Part shown: one piece after another, positions 54,310 through 64,000 of the stretch
Layout: every line of letters starts with the position of its first letter
How positions within the stretch are numbered: the stretch's first letter is position 1
DNA from: an uncultured delta proteobacterium
GTDB taxonomy: Bacteria > Myxococcota_A > Polyangia > Palsa-1104
Assembly (NCBI GenBank): GCA_963785725.1
Contig: CAWAWS010000037.1
Location: 30,345-94,344 of the forward strand
Length of the DNA: 64,000 nucleotides
Direction of reading: 5' to 3'
Notes under the pieces: model-generated
Database searches by the model: none
What the model saw: only the letters and a program-made list of their open reading frames with translations
What the model was told of the DNA's origin: nothing
Made by a program: the position numbers and the translations under genes

Positions 54310-54774
54310 ATGCAGCCCAGCACGATCATCGAGAATAACGGCAGCTTCACCGTCAACAACGCGCGGCCGTTGGCGATGCGGGTCATCGTCGGCTTCGCGG
54401 CGCCCATCGTCTTTCTCTTCATCGCCATCTCCATCGTCAACGACGTCGAGGAGCACGCGTGGGGCATGATGGCGGTGCGGCTCATGTTCGCGCTCACCGT
54501 CGGCTTGGCCACGCGTTTCGCGCTGTTCGGCGCCGAGACGATCGGCCTCGAAGGCGGCGAGCTCGTCTGGCGGCGCGGCAAGTCGCTCGAGCGGCACTGC
54601 CCGGTCGCGCAAGTCGAGCGCATCGAGCGCGAGGGCAATCAGCTGCGCGTGCACATTCGCGACGACAAGTATCCGATCATCGTCGGCGCCGGGCTGCGGC
54701 AGCCGGAGTCGGCGATGGCATGGCTGGCCGAGCGGCTGGAGACGGCGCTTACTGCAGCGCGAACGGGTACGTAA
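54310..54774 (+). CDS. Hypothetical membrane protein (two TM segments plus a small beta domain)
   Basis: Clean ORF 10 nt after recQ with two hydrophobic segments. Confidence 0.55.
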   Translation: MQPSTIIENNGSFTVNNARPLAMRVIVGFAAPIVFLFIAISIVNDVEEHAWGMMAVRLMFALTVGLATRFALFGAETIGLEGGELVWRRGKSLERHCPVAQVERIEREGNQLRVHIRDDKYPIIVGAGLRQPESAMAWLAERLETALTAARTGT

Positions 54775-55375
54775 CGACGTTCGCCCCGCCCGACGCCGGG
54801 AAATTCAGCCCGGTCACGATCGGCTTCACGCACGCAAAAAGCCCACGCCTCATCAATAGTTGCGGCGCTTCGACGCGCAGCTTCTTGACCGCGCCCGAGC
54901 GCTCGACGCGAAAGGCGACGCTGATCTTGCCGCTCTCGAGCGGATAGTCGCCGACGGCGTCGGTGATGCAATGGGTGATCGCCGACTGCGCCGGGTGAAA
55001 GACGGCGTCGAGGTCGTCCTGCGACAGCGCTTTGCCGTCGTCGCCGCCTTGCGAGAGGTCGATGTGCTCGGGACGGCCGAGCGCGTCGCCGGAGGCGGTC
55101 ATATGATCGTCACCAGGCGACAAATGCAGCTCCGGCGCCGCCGGTCCGCTGCCGTTGTTGCCGCCGCCGCCGCCGCCGTGGCGCTTGTGCTTTTTCGGCA
55201 GAGAGGGCGTCGTCGCCACCGACGTCGACGGCCCGGTGGGGATGCACTTGCCTTCGAAGCAGCGCGTGCCGTCCCCGCAGCGGCTCAGGCAATCCTTGCC
55301 TTTTTGCAGGTAGAGCCAACCCGAGCCGGCGCAGAGGACGACGCCGACCAATATTCCAAGGACGAGGCGCAACAC
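54749..55375 (-). CDS. Membrane-anchored protein with a Cys-rich module and an AgmX/PglI (TonB-C-like) C-terminal domain
   Basis: TM, CLSRCGDGTRCFEGKC, Pro/Gly linker, I..C...GKISVAFRVERSG.V...C...FP...VTYPF. Confidence 0.65.
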   Translation of the reverse strand: MLRLVLGILVGVVLCAGSGWLYLQKGKDCLSRCGDGTRCFEGKCIPTGPSTSVATTPSLPKKHKRHGGGGGGNNGSGPAAPELHLSPGDDHMTASGDALGRPEHIDLSQGGDDGKALSQDDLDAVFHPAQSAITHCITDAVGDYPLESGKISVAFRVERSGAVKKLRVEAPQLLMRRGLFACVKPIVTGLNFPASGGANVVTYPFALQ

Positions 55376-55492
55376 GTCCCCGAGCCTAGCGGCGTTGGCG
55401 GCCGAGCGCAAAAGCGCGAAACCGATCCCGGATTATATTCGTAGTCTATCGTGCCCGGGCTGCGTTCCAGCAGCCGCGGCAAAGGAGCCGAC

Positions 55493-55863
<371 letters not shown>

Positions 55864-55867
<4 letters not shown>

Positions 55868-56472
55868 AGCGCTGGCTCGCCGCGGTCGCGCTCGTGCTGG
55901 CGTCGGCTTGGCTGACGCCGGCGCGGGCGGCGGGCGGTGAACGGGGCGAGGCCATCTTCGCCGGCGGCTGCTTCTGGTGCATGGAGGTGGCGTTCAAGGG
56001 CTTGCCTGGCGTCACCTCGGTCACGAGCGGCTACTCCGGCGGCCACGTCAAGAACCCGACGTACGAGCAGGTCTCGAGCGGCGAAACCGGCCACGTCGAG
56101 GCGGTGCGCGTGCTCTTCGATCCGGCCAAGGTCAGCTACGGCAAGCTGCTCGACGTCTTCTGGCACAACGTCGACCCGACGTCCGATGACGGGCAGTTCT
56201 GCGATCGCGGCACGCAATATCGAGCGGCTATTTTCTGGTTCGACGAGTCGCAGCACCAGCAGGCGCTGGCGTCGCAAAAGGCCATCGAGGCCGAGCTGAA
56301 GACGAAAGTGGCGACGGTGATGGCCAAGGCGGGCGACTTCTGGCCGGCCGAAGCGCATCACCAAGAGTTCTACAAGAAAGAGCCCGAGCGCTATCAGGCC
56401 TATCGCCTCGGCTGCGGTCGCGATCGCCGGCTGCATCAAGTGTGGGGCGACAAAGCCCCGGCCGCGCATTGA
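55864..56472 (+). CDS. msrA: Methionine-S-sulfoxide reductase with an N-terminal signal peptide
   Basis: AGGCFWC, SGYSGG, PTYEQV, GHVE, QFCDRG.QYR, AEAHHQ; GTGA overlap. Confidence 0.93.
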
Positions 56473-56590
56473 CGCTGTCTCGCAATCGGGACGATCGCTC
56501 CGTAACCGCGCTCACGTCGTCGACTACTGTCGACGGCCCGCGCCAGCGAGGAACCGGCCGGCCCGCCAAAGCCCGTGTTAGCGTAGCGGT

Positions 56591-57133
56591 ATGCTTCGTT
56601 GTGTCGTGTGCGGCGGGATGGTCACGGAGCGCGACGACTTGACGGCCGACGGCCTGCGCTGCGCCAGCTGCAGCATGCGCAGCGAGATCGAAGGCCACGA
56701 GCGCAACATCGCCGACGAAGTCGAACGCAAGAAGCAGCGCAGCTTGTACGTGCGCGCCGACTGGATCGGCTGGGCGCACGCCATCGTCTGGTTCTGCACG
56801 GCCGAGCTCTTGTGTCCGCGCGGCAGCGCCTGGGTCTACGCGCTGTGGACGGTTGTGCTCGTCGTTCGCCTCGCACTCTTTTGGCGGCAGCGTTGGGCGC
56901 TGCGCCTGGCGCTCGGCGTCGACGGCGCGATGATCGCGGGCGCGTTCGGCTTGGCGCTCTTCCGCTTCACGTCGGAGGCGTTCGCAGGCGCGCTCTTCCT
57001 GTCGTTTTTTCCGCTGATCTTGGGGCTGCTGCTGTATTCGCTGCGCGCGGCGTACGACCCGCAGAGCCGGGTCGCGCCGGTTCCGGCGGCCAAGCCGCCG
57101 CAGAAGTGGAGCGCGCCCGGGCGGCAGTTTTAG
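56591..57133 (+). CDS. Hypothetical membrane protein with an N-terminal CxxC..CxxC
   Basis: CVVC...CASC followed by about 4 TM segments; TGnTAGCGT 6 nt before the ATG. Confidence 0.55.
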   Translation: MLRCVVCGGMVTERDDLTADGLRCASCSMRSEIEGHERNIADEVERKKQRSLYVRADWIGWAHAIVWFCTAELLCPRGSAWVYALWTVVLVVRLALFWRQRWALRLALGVDGAMIAGAFGLALFRFTSEAFAGALFLSFFPLILGLLLYSLRAAYDPQSRVAPVPAAKPPQKWSAPGRQF

Positions 57134-57136
57134 CGC

Positions 57137-57856
57137 CTACGCCGGGACGAGCCTCGGCTCGTCGACGTCGGGCAGCGGCTCGCCGGCCGGCTCGAGCACG
57201 ACCTCCAAGTCTTCGCAGACGTGGGCCGACGCCGGCGCGGCATCGCTGTCGAGCCCGGGCGGCGACAGCGGCTGCACCAGCGTCACCGGCCGCGCGCGCC
57301 ACTCGGGATGCGACAGCGTCGCCCGCTGCAGCCGTTCGCCCGGCTGCGCCGCGTAGAGCCGCTCGCGCGCCGTCGCGAAGCGCTCGAGCGAGCCCGGCGC
57401 CAGCGTCTCGGGCGGCACCATCGCGATCGTGCCGTCGAGCGCCAGGCCGTCGGCGCGCAAGGTCAGCGCCGCGTCGCGCACTTCGTAGCGCAGCTGACGG
57501 TCGAGCCGATGCGGCAGACCCGACAGCCGCGCGCTCAAGGCATAGCTGAGCCGGTCGACGCGCGTCTCCAGCGGCATGAGGCCCGGTCCGTCGGGGCCGT
57601 CGACGTAGGTGCGCACCGTCAGCTGGCGGTGGCGCACCAAATTGCCCATCGGCGAGTCGAGCAGCGCTTGCGGCGCCGGCCCTTCCAGATCGACGGCGAC
57701 GAGGCTGACGACGCCATGGCCGCGCCAGCTGTCGAGCGTGAGCCGCGCCGGCAGCCGCTTCTGCAGCAGCTCGAGCGGCACCAGCCAATGGACGAACAGG
57801 GTCTGACGCCAACGAATCACCCCCAAAGCATAGGTGCGACAAAGCGTTCCTGCCAA
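57137..57856 (-). CDS. DUF2071 (YqjF-like) protein
   Basis: WRQTLFVHW, LPARL.LD, VSLV, VRTYV, GLP, ERF..RERLY, HPEW; start uncertain. Confidence 0.7.
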   Translation of the reverse strand: MAGTLCRTYALGVIRWRQTLFVHWLVPLELLQKRLPARLTLDSWRGHGVVSLVAVDLEGPAPQALLDSPMGNLVRHRQLTVRTYVDGPDGPGLMPLETRVDRLSYALSARLSGLPHRLDRQLRYEVRDAALTLRADGLALDGTIAMVPPETLAPGSLERFATARERLYAAQPGERLQRATLSHPEWRARPVTLVQPLSPPGLDSDAAPASAHVCEDLEVVLEPAGEPLPDVDEPRLVPA

Positions 57857-57880
57857 GGGCGGCGCGGGTATGATGGCCGC

Positions 57881-58627
57881 ATGACGCCGGCTCGCATCCT
57901 CATGCCGCTACCCGACACCGACTTCGACGTCACCGAGACGGCCGTGCCCTGGAAGCTGCTGACCCGCGACGGCCATCAGGTGATCTTCGCCACCGAGCGC
58001 GGAGGGCAGGCGCCGGCCGGTGACGCGCTCTTGCTCGACGGCAGCCTCGGCAAGCTCGGTCCCGCGCCCGAGCCGCGCGCGTTCTACGACGAGATGGCGC
58101 GCTCGCCCGAATTCCAGGCGCCGATTGCCTGGAGCGCCATCGAGCCCGAGACCTACGACGGGCTCATCCTCGCCGGCGGCCACGCGCCGGGCATGAAGCA
58201 GTATCTCGGCTCGACCGAGCTGCAGGACAAAGTGGGCGCCTTTTGGCGCACGGGACGGCCGGTCGGTGCCATCTGCCACGGCGTCATCGTGCTCGCGCGA
58301 ACGATCGACGCAGCGACGGGAAAGAGCGTCTTGCACGACACGCGGACGACCTGCTTGCCGAAGTACATGGAGCGCGGCGCCTGGCTTCTGACCCGCTGGA
58401 CGCGCGGCCGCTACTACCGCACCTACGACGTCTACGTCGAGGACGAGGTCAAGGCGGCGCTGGGCGACGCCAAGCTGCAGTTCGCGCGCGGGCCGCTGAC
58501 GTTCTCCAAGCGCGGCAGCGACGGGCAGGACGACGGCACCTTCGTCGTCGAGGACGGCCGCTACGTCTCGGCGCGCTGGCCCGGCGACGCCTACCTGTTC
58601 ACGCGTCGTTTCGCCGCTCGGCTGTAG
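57881..58627 (+). CDS. DJ-1/PfpI-family type 1 glutamine amidotransferase-like protein
   Basis: DFDVTE, LAGGH, GAICHG, VSARWPGD. Confidence 0.85.
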   Translation: MTPARILMPLPDTDFDVTETAVPWKLLTRDGHQVIFATERGGQAPAGDALLLDGSLGKLGPAPEPRAFYDEMARSPEFQAPIAWSAIEPETYDGLILAGGHAPGMKQYLGSTELQDKVGAFWRTGRPVGAICHGVIVLARTIDAATGKSVLHDTRTTCLPKYMERGAWLLTRWTRGRYYRTYDVYVEDEVKAALGDAKLQFARGPLTFSKRGSDGQDDGTFVVEDGRYVSARWPGDAYLFTRRFAARL

Positions 58628-58831
58628 GCGTTCGCGCACGTTCGGCGACGCGAGGTCGGCGTTCGCGAAGTCACCGGCACGTCACGGCCGGCGAACGGTG
58701 GCGCGCGATGACATCGCCCGGCTGCTCGCCCCGGCATGAAATGGCGATGACCGAGGCCGCGCCACCTTCAAACGTGATCTGCATGCGCTTTTGGCGTTCC
58801 ACTTTCGTGGCGGCTGTGGCAATTACGCGGT

Positions 58832-60172
58832 ATGTCGCCACCGGAAGCCGAGTCGCACGGCACCGATGAGGCGTTCGTCGCCTCCGAGCTGCAGGATGCC
58901 TGGCACATCCTGTCGACCGAGGAGCGCGTCGAGGGCTTTCGCCTGCTGCCGCGCTCGGACGCCGAGGACCTCTTTTTCACGCTCGCGGCGCGAGACCAAT
59001 ACGAGCTCATCATGGGCTTGCCGCCCGGCGATCGGCGCTCGTGGCTGCGTCTGGTGCCGCCCGACGACGCCGCCGACATCATCCAAGAGGGCGACGACGC
59101 GGAAAAGGCGCCGCTGCTCGCGCTGCTCGACGACCAGACGCGCAAAGAAGTGACGGCGCTGCTCGCCTACAACGAGGACGACGCCGGCGGGCTCATGAAC
59201 CCGCGCTACGTCCGCGTGCGGCCCGACATGACCGTCGACGAAGCGATCTCCTACTTGCGCAAGCAGTCGCGCGAGCGCGTCGAGACGCTGGCCTACCTCT
59301 ACGTGTGCGACGCGCAGCAGAAGCTGCTCGGCGTCTCCAGCTTCCGCGACCTCTTCGCCGCGCAGCAGGGCAAGGTCGTGCGCGACATCATGAAGAGCGA
59401 CCTCATCACGGTGCTCGACACCGACGACCAAGAGGCGGTCTCGCGGGTGTTCGCGCAGCACGACTTCGTGGCCTTGCCGGTCGTCGATTCGCACGGGCAC
59501 ATGAAGGGCGTCGTCACGATCGACGACATCGTCGACGTCGTGCAGGAAGAGGCGACCGAGGACGCGCAGAAGTTCGGCGGTCTCGAAGCCCTCGACAAGC
59601 CCTACCTCGACAACACGATCTTGCAGATGGTGCGCAAGCGCGGCGTGTGGCTGGCGGCGCTGTTCGTCGGCGAGATGCTGACGGCGACCGCGATGTCGTT
59701 CTACGAGCAGGAGATCGCGCGCGCCGTCATGCTGGCGCTGTTCGTGCCGCTCATCATGTCGTCGGGCGGCAACTCGGGCTCGCAGGCGTCGACGCTGATC
59801 ATCCGCGCCATGGCGATGGGCGAGGTCAAGCTGCGCGACTGGTTCCGCGTCATGCGGCGCGAGCTCATCACCAGCCTGTTGCTCGGCATGTTATTGGCCG
59901 TCATCGGCTTCATCCGCATTCTGTTCTGGACGTTCGTCTTCCATTCATACGAGGGCCACGGCGTCATTTTGGGCACGACGGTGGCCTGCAGCCTCGTCGG
60001 CGTCGTCATGTTCGGCAGCATCGCCGGCTCGATGTTGCCCTTCGTTTTGCGGCGCATCGGGCTCGACCCGGCGAGCGCGTCGGCGCCGTTCGTGGCCACG
60101 CTCGTCGACGTCACCGGGCTCATCATCTACTTCACCGTCGCCAGCTTCATTCTGAAGGGCGTCTTGCTGTAG
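58832..60172 (+). CDS. mgtE: Magnesium transporter MgtE
   Basis: N-domain, CBS pair (AGGLM, LPVVD), EEATED, SSGGNSGSQ, DPASASAPFVATLVDV. Confidence 0.95.
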   Translation: MSPPEAESHGTDEAFVASELQDAWHILSTEERVEGFRLLPRSDAEDLFFTLAARDQYELIMGLPPGDRRSWLRLVPPDDAADIIQEGDDAEKAPLLALLDDQTRKEVTALLAYNEDDAGGLMNPRYVRVRPDMTVDEAISYLRKQSRERVETLAYLYVCDAQQKLLGVSSFRDLFAAQQGKVVRDIMKSDLITVLDTDDQEAVSRVFAQHDFVALPVVDSHGHMKGVVTIDDIVDVVQEEATEDAQKFGGLEALDKPYLDNTILQMVRKRGVWLAALFVGEMLTATAMSFYEQEIARAVMLALFVPLIMSSGGNSGSQASTLIIRAMAMGEVKLRDWFRVMRRELITSLLLGMLLAVIGFIRILFWTFVFHSYEGHGVILGTTVACSLVGVVMFGSIAGSMLPFVLRRIGLDPASASAPFVATLVDVTGLIIYFTVASFILKGVLL

Positions 60173-60326
60173 GCGATGGCGACGGCGCGCGAGACGCTCT
60201 TCGTCGTCGACGTGCGGGACATGGCGCTGGGCGCGCTCGTGAAGCTCGCGTCGGCGGAGTGGACGCCGCCGACGTGCGGCGGTGCTGAGCCTGAATGTCG
60301 CGGCGGCGCGTTCACGTCGGGCCGGG

Positions 60327-61778
60327 TCAGCCGCTGCGCCACTTCTGCAGCGCGAGGCGGCCCAGGCGCCAGCTCCAGCGGCCGAGCTCGGCGGCGGTGA
60401 GGCCGGCGAAGACGTCGTCGAAGATGCCGGGGCTGCGGCGCGCGGTGGCGCGCATGAAGGCGACGAAGTCGCGGGCGCCGATCTGGTCGCGCACGAACGC
60501 GCCGTAGACGTCGTCGCCGAGCTCGGCCAGCGACGCGAAGGCGGCGTCGAGCAGGCGGTTGACGGCTTGCGCGTCCGTCGCCGGACGGCGGCCGGGCACC
60601 ATCATCAGCGTGAGCGCGCCCATGACTTGCAGGCCGGGCGGCTCACGCCACAACGCCGCCAGCGCGCGCGCGTCGAGGCGATCGTCGGCGAGCCGCGCCC
60701 GCACGCCGTCGGCGACGGGCAGGAACGAGCGAATCATCGAGCCGAAGCCGCAGAACGTGAGCGGCGAGTGGCGCCCGGCCGCGTCGCCGACGAGCAGCAC
60801 GCGATCGCGCGCCGCCGGCATGGGCCTGAGGCGCGAGTAGGCCGGAATGAACCCGTAGGTCGCCTTGCCCAGCGTCGCCGGCCCGCGCTTGTAGCGTTCC
60901 CGCGTCGCGAAAAAGCGTTCGTAGAGCGACAACAGCGGATGCGGACCCAACCGCTGCGGCTCGGTGTAGTGAAACAAATAGGTCGTGAAGACGCCGTGTG
61001 AGCCGGGAAAGCCTTCCCAGATGTGCTGCGCGTCGTCTTCGATGCCCTCGGTCGTCGCCAGGATTTCGCCGACGCGCGGATCGACCTCGTCGCTGCCACT
61101 GCCGATGGCCAGGCCGCTCAAGACGCCGCCGACGGTGGGGCACACGAGGTCGAAGCGCGCGTGCGGGCTGGCCGCGCCCATGCCGTCGACGAAGAGGCGC
61201 GCGCTCAACGTCGTCGTCGGCGACGTGGCGGCGGCGTCGGGCACGAGCGTGACCTGCACGCCGCCGGCGCCGACGCGATAGCCGCCGAGCGCGTGCCGAT
61301 CGAGCAAGACCGCGCCGGCGTCGGCCGCGCGCGCGCGCAGGGCGTCGAGCAGCCGCTCGGCGTCGACGACGCAATCGAGCACGCGCCGAACCGGATAGGT
61401 GCCGCCGCCGTGCCAGCGAACGAGGCCGTGGTCGTATTCGAGCGGCACGAGCGCGTCCACTTCGGCCTGCGTAAACAGCCGTGATTCGACGAGCGGCAAG
61501 AGCTCGGCGCGGGCAATGTTCCACTCGCGATGCCCTTGCCCGATGCGCCGCCGATCGAACACGACCACCCGCAGCCCCGCCCGCGCCAAATAGGCCGCAT
61601 ACACGAGCGACAGCCCGCCGCCGGCGAGCGCGACATCGAAGTCGACGTGGGCGCCGCGATCGGGACCGCCGTCGCCGATGTCGCAGCGCGTCCGCTCGGC
61701 GAACCCGCGCTCGAGCGCCGCGACGTGCGCGAACGCGTCGGCCGACAGCTCGCTGCGCGTGCGCGGAAAGTCGTTCAC
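60327..61778 (-). CDS. cruA: CruA/CruP-type FAD-dependent lycopene cyclase
   Basis: REWNI, DGMG..SP, VCPTVG, IWEGFP, TYLF.Y, GFIP, GDAA..SPLTFCGFGS; last gene of the crt operon. Confidence 0.65.
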   Translation of the reverse strand: MNDFPRTRSELSADAFAHVAALERGFAERTRCDIGDGGPDRGAHVDFDVALAGGGLSLVYAAYLARAGLRVVVFDRRRIGQGHREWNIARAELLPLVESRLFTQAEVDALVPLEYDHGLVRWHGGGTYPVRRVLDCVVDAERLLDALRARAADAGAVLLDRHALGGYRVGAGGVQVTLVPDAAATSPTTTLSARLFVDGMGAASPHARFDLVCPTVGGVLSGLAIGSGSDEVDPRVGEILATTEGIEDDAQHIWEGFPGSHGVFTTYLFHYTEPQRLGPHPLLSLYERFFATRERYKRGPATLGKATYGFIPAYSRLRPMPAARDRVLLVGDAAGRHSPLTFCGFGSMIRSFLPVADGVRARLADDRLDARALAALWREPPGLQVMGALTLMMVPGRRPATDAQAVNRLLDAAFASLAELGDDVYGAFVRDQIGARDFVAFMRATARRSPGIFDDVFAGLTAAELGRWSWRLGRLALQKWRSG

Positions 61779-62741
61779 GCCGGCAATCCCGCCGCGCGCA
61801 CCAGCGGCGCCAGCGCGTCGTCGGCCGGCCCGCCGCTCGCAAGCGCCGACGTCGGGCGCGACCACACGCTCGGCAGCGCGCCGGCGACGAGCCATAGCTT
61901 GCCGCCGAGCGTGACGTAGGCGCGCCGCGTGATCGCGTCGTAGCCGTTGGCCGCGATCGCGTCGCCGATGGCCGCGTAGATCCGCCGGCTCGACGCGATC
62001 GCCAGCCGGCAGTCACGCGGCAACAGCGGAATCCCCACGATCCGCCGCGCGATAATGCGCCGCCGCGCGCGCGAGCAGCCGCTGCACCGCCGCGCGCATC
62101 GGCGCCGTCGCCGCGTCGGCGTTCAGGAGCGCGCGCGCATCGAGCCCGACGTCGTCGAGCAGCGTCTTCGGCAAGTAGACGCGCCCGCGCCGCGCATCTT
62201 CGCCGACGTCGCGCGCGATGTTCGTCAGCTGCATGGCGACGCCGAGATCGGCCGCGCGCAGATAGGCCGCGTCGTCGCTGGCGCCCATCACGCGCGTCAT
62301 CATCAGACCCACCGTCGACGCCACGCGAAAGCAGTAACGCAGCAGATCGTCGTCGTTCTCGTACACGGCGCCGCGCGCGTCCATCTCCATGCCGGCGAGC
62401 AGCTCCTCCGGCAGCGCGCGATCGATGCCGTAGCGCCGGACGACGGCGCCGAACGCCCGATCGATCGCGTCGGGCGCGTCAGCGGCCGCGCGCCCGCCGT
62501 ACACCGCATCCAGCCGGCGCCGTAGGCTTTCGACGCGCGCCAACGCGCCCCGCTGACTCTCGCCGAGCGCGTCGACGGCGTCATCGGCGCGCCGGCAGAA
62601 CGCGTACAGCGCCCACGACGCCTGCCGCACGCGCGCCGGCAACAGCAGCGACGACAGGAAGAACGACTTCGAGTGCCGCTGAATCCACGAGCGACAGGCG
62701 AGCCGATCATCACGCGACAGAACGAGCGCGGTCGAGGTCAC
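61775..62741 (-). CDS. crtB: Phytoene synthase, +1 frameshift in a G run near 62035
   Basis: HSKSF, LYAFCRRADDAVD, GMEMD, YCFRVASTVG, MQLTNIARDVGED, GRVYLP; C-terminal IY..IG..I, RAYV in the next frame. Confidence 0.9.
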
Positions 62742-63400
62742 TTGTGTCGACGGTACTCGATCTCCATCGTCAGCGTCTCCTTGCCTTCCACCTTCTCGAA
62801 CACTTTGCGCGTGAAGTGGCTGTCGCTGTCGATGCTGAAGATGAACTTCACCGGTCGCGTCTTGCCGGCGGGGTTGTCGTAATCCTTCGTCGTCATCGTG
62901 AGGAAGTGGCTGGTGACGTCGGCGGTGCCCTGCGCGACGGTGATCCAGGTGCTCCAGGTGTCGATCCAGCCGATGGTGAAGACGTTGGCGCGCATATCGA
63001 AGCCGATCTGCCCCTCGGCCGCGAACGGCTTGCCCCAGATGACGCTGTCGTAATGCTCCTCGACGAAGCGGCCGCCCAAGATCCACTTCAACTCCGCGTG
63101 GCCCGACGCCGTCTCCGGCTTCGGCCCGCCCAGCCACAGCTTCGCCGACGTGTCCCATTTACCGACGAGCGGCTGCAGCGCCGCGTGATGCGGCCCCGGC
63201 GTCGCGTCCTTGGCGATCTCGTTCAACAGGTTCTCTTTGTGCGGATCGCTGATCGTCGCGCCCGGCTGCTTGCCGCCCGCCGCCGGCGCGTTGGCCTTCG
63301 CCGGCGTGTCGTCCGGCGGCGACGACTTCGTGGCCGCGTCCGTCTGCGCCGACGCGGCGCCGCCCACGAGCATCAACGACCACACGAGCACGACGCGCAT
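62738..63400 (-). CDS. Exported DUF1579 protein
   Basis: Signal peptide, TPGPHH..L.PLVGKW, WILGGRF, WIDTWST, MEIEYRR; GAGGAGG SD. Confidence 0.75.
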   Translation of the reverse strand: MRVVLVWSLMLVGGAASAQTDAATKSSPPDDTPAKANAPAAGGKQPGATISDPHKENLLNEIAKDATPGPHHAALQPLVGKWDTSAKLWLGGPKPETASGHAELKWILGGRFVEEHYDSVIWGKPFAAEGQIGFDMRANVFTIGWIDTWSTWITVAQGTADVTSHFLTMTTKDYDNPAGKTRPVKFIFSIDSDSHFTRKVFEKVEGKETLTMEIEYRRHK

Positions 63401-63414
63401 GACCCTCCTCGACT

Positions 63415-64000
63415 TCAACGAGCGTGGCTGCCGGCGATGGGATCGCGCGCGTTGCCGGTGCCGTCGCGGTCGCCGATCAGCCGATCGACCACCTTCGCCG
63501 ACGACAACACGCCCGGCAATCCCGCGCCCGGATGCGTGCCCGCGCCGACGAGATAGAGCCCATCGACCTCTTCCGACTTGTTGTGAAAGCGAAAATAGGC
63601 CGACTGCATCAGCACCGGCTGAATCGAGAAGGCCGCGCCTTTTTGCGAATGCAGCTCGTCGTGAAACGTCTGCGGCGTGATGTGTCGCGAGGTCAGCAAA
63701 TTCGCGCGCAAACCGGGAACGCAGGTGCTCTCCAGATACTGGAACAGCGTGTCCTCGTATTCCGCGCCGCGCGTCGCCCAGCTCGTGCCCGAATCCAAAT
63801 GCGGGACCGGCGACAGCACGTAGAAGTTCTCGCAGCCGGGCGGCGCCAGCGACGGATCGGTCCGTGTCGGCGCGTGCAAATAGAGGCTGAAGTCGGGCGC
63901 CAGCATTTTCCTGTCGAAGATGTCGTCCAAGAGCTCGCGGTAGCGCGGTCCGAGCAAGATCGTGTGATGCGCCAACTCGGGATAGGTCTGTTTCGTGCCG
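63415..64000 (-). CDS. crtI: Phytoene desaturase, C-terminal part (5' end outside the window)
   Basis: HHTILLG, DFSLYLHAP..DPSLAP, YVLSPVP, QSAYFRFHN, LVGAGTHPGAGLPGVLSSA. Confidence 0.92.
   Translation of the reverse strand, partial: GTKQTYPELAHHTILLGPRYRELLDDIFDRKMLAPDFSLYLHAPTRTDPSLAPPGCENFYVLSPVPHLDSGTSWATRGAEYEDTLFQYLESTCVPGLRANLLTSRHITPQTFHDELHSQKGAAFSIQPVLMQSAYFRFHNKSEEVDGLYLVGAGTHPGAGLPGVLSSAKVVDRLIGDRDGTGNARDPIAGSHAR

Noticed and set aside
58628..58831. Possible M-box (ykoK) Mg2+ riboswitch upstream of mgtE
   Set aside because: I could not find the conserved M-box sequence blocks; an Rfam/Infernal search would settle it
60176..60400. 74-aa ORF after mgtE
   Set aside because: No motifs and it overlaps the convergent cyclase gene; unsupported

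Overview
High-GC bacterial chromosomal DNA, probably Myxococcota (inferred from an AgmX/PglI-type protein, a sigma54 enhancer-binding protein next to an ECF sigma factor, and myxobacteria-style membrane proteins). I saw no rRNA, tRNA, CRISPR array or transposase. About 1-29.8 kb is a large surface-glycan locus. It holds a pseudaminic-acid pathway split over two convergent operons (spsF / class III aminotransferase / aldo-keto reductase / pseH / pseI and pseB / pseC / pseG), a KpsS-like candidate nonulosonate transferase, several GT2 and GT4 enzymes, three paralogous GT-C-like membrane proteins, a GT87, DUF362, DUF2304, a GT2::acyl-adenylate ligase fusion, and a divergent SecY paralogue with an apparently shortened plug and loops. 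The rest carries an M20 peptidase; an ECF sigma with a sigma54 promoter, divergent from a hybrid kinase and NtrC-type regulator; an isocitrate-type dehydrogenase; a Zn-phospholipase C-like gene; clpB-dnaJ-like-lon; an Omp85 barrel coupled to a kinase-fold lipoprotein; an S9 peptidase; an orphan DNA methyltransferase head-to-head with a RecQ that has a long histone-like/disordered N-terminus; msrB-msrA; DUF2071; PfpI; mgtE; and the end of a carotenoid operon (crtI-DUF1579-crtB-cruA-like). Nine genes have frameshifts, nearly all +1 insertions, which most likely are sequencing errors. The best candidates for undescribed systems are the Omp85/kinase-lipoprotein pair and the SecY paralogue inside the glycosylation locus. 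All family calls come from recognising motifs by eye; no database searches were run.
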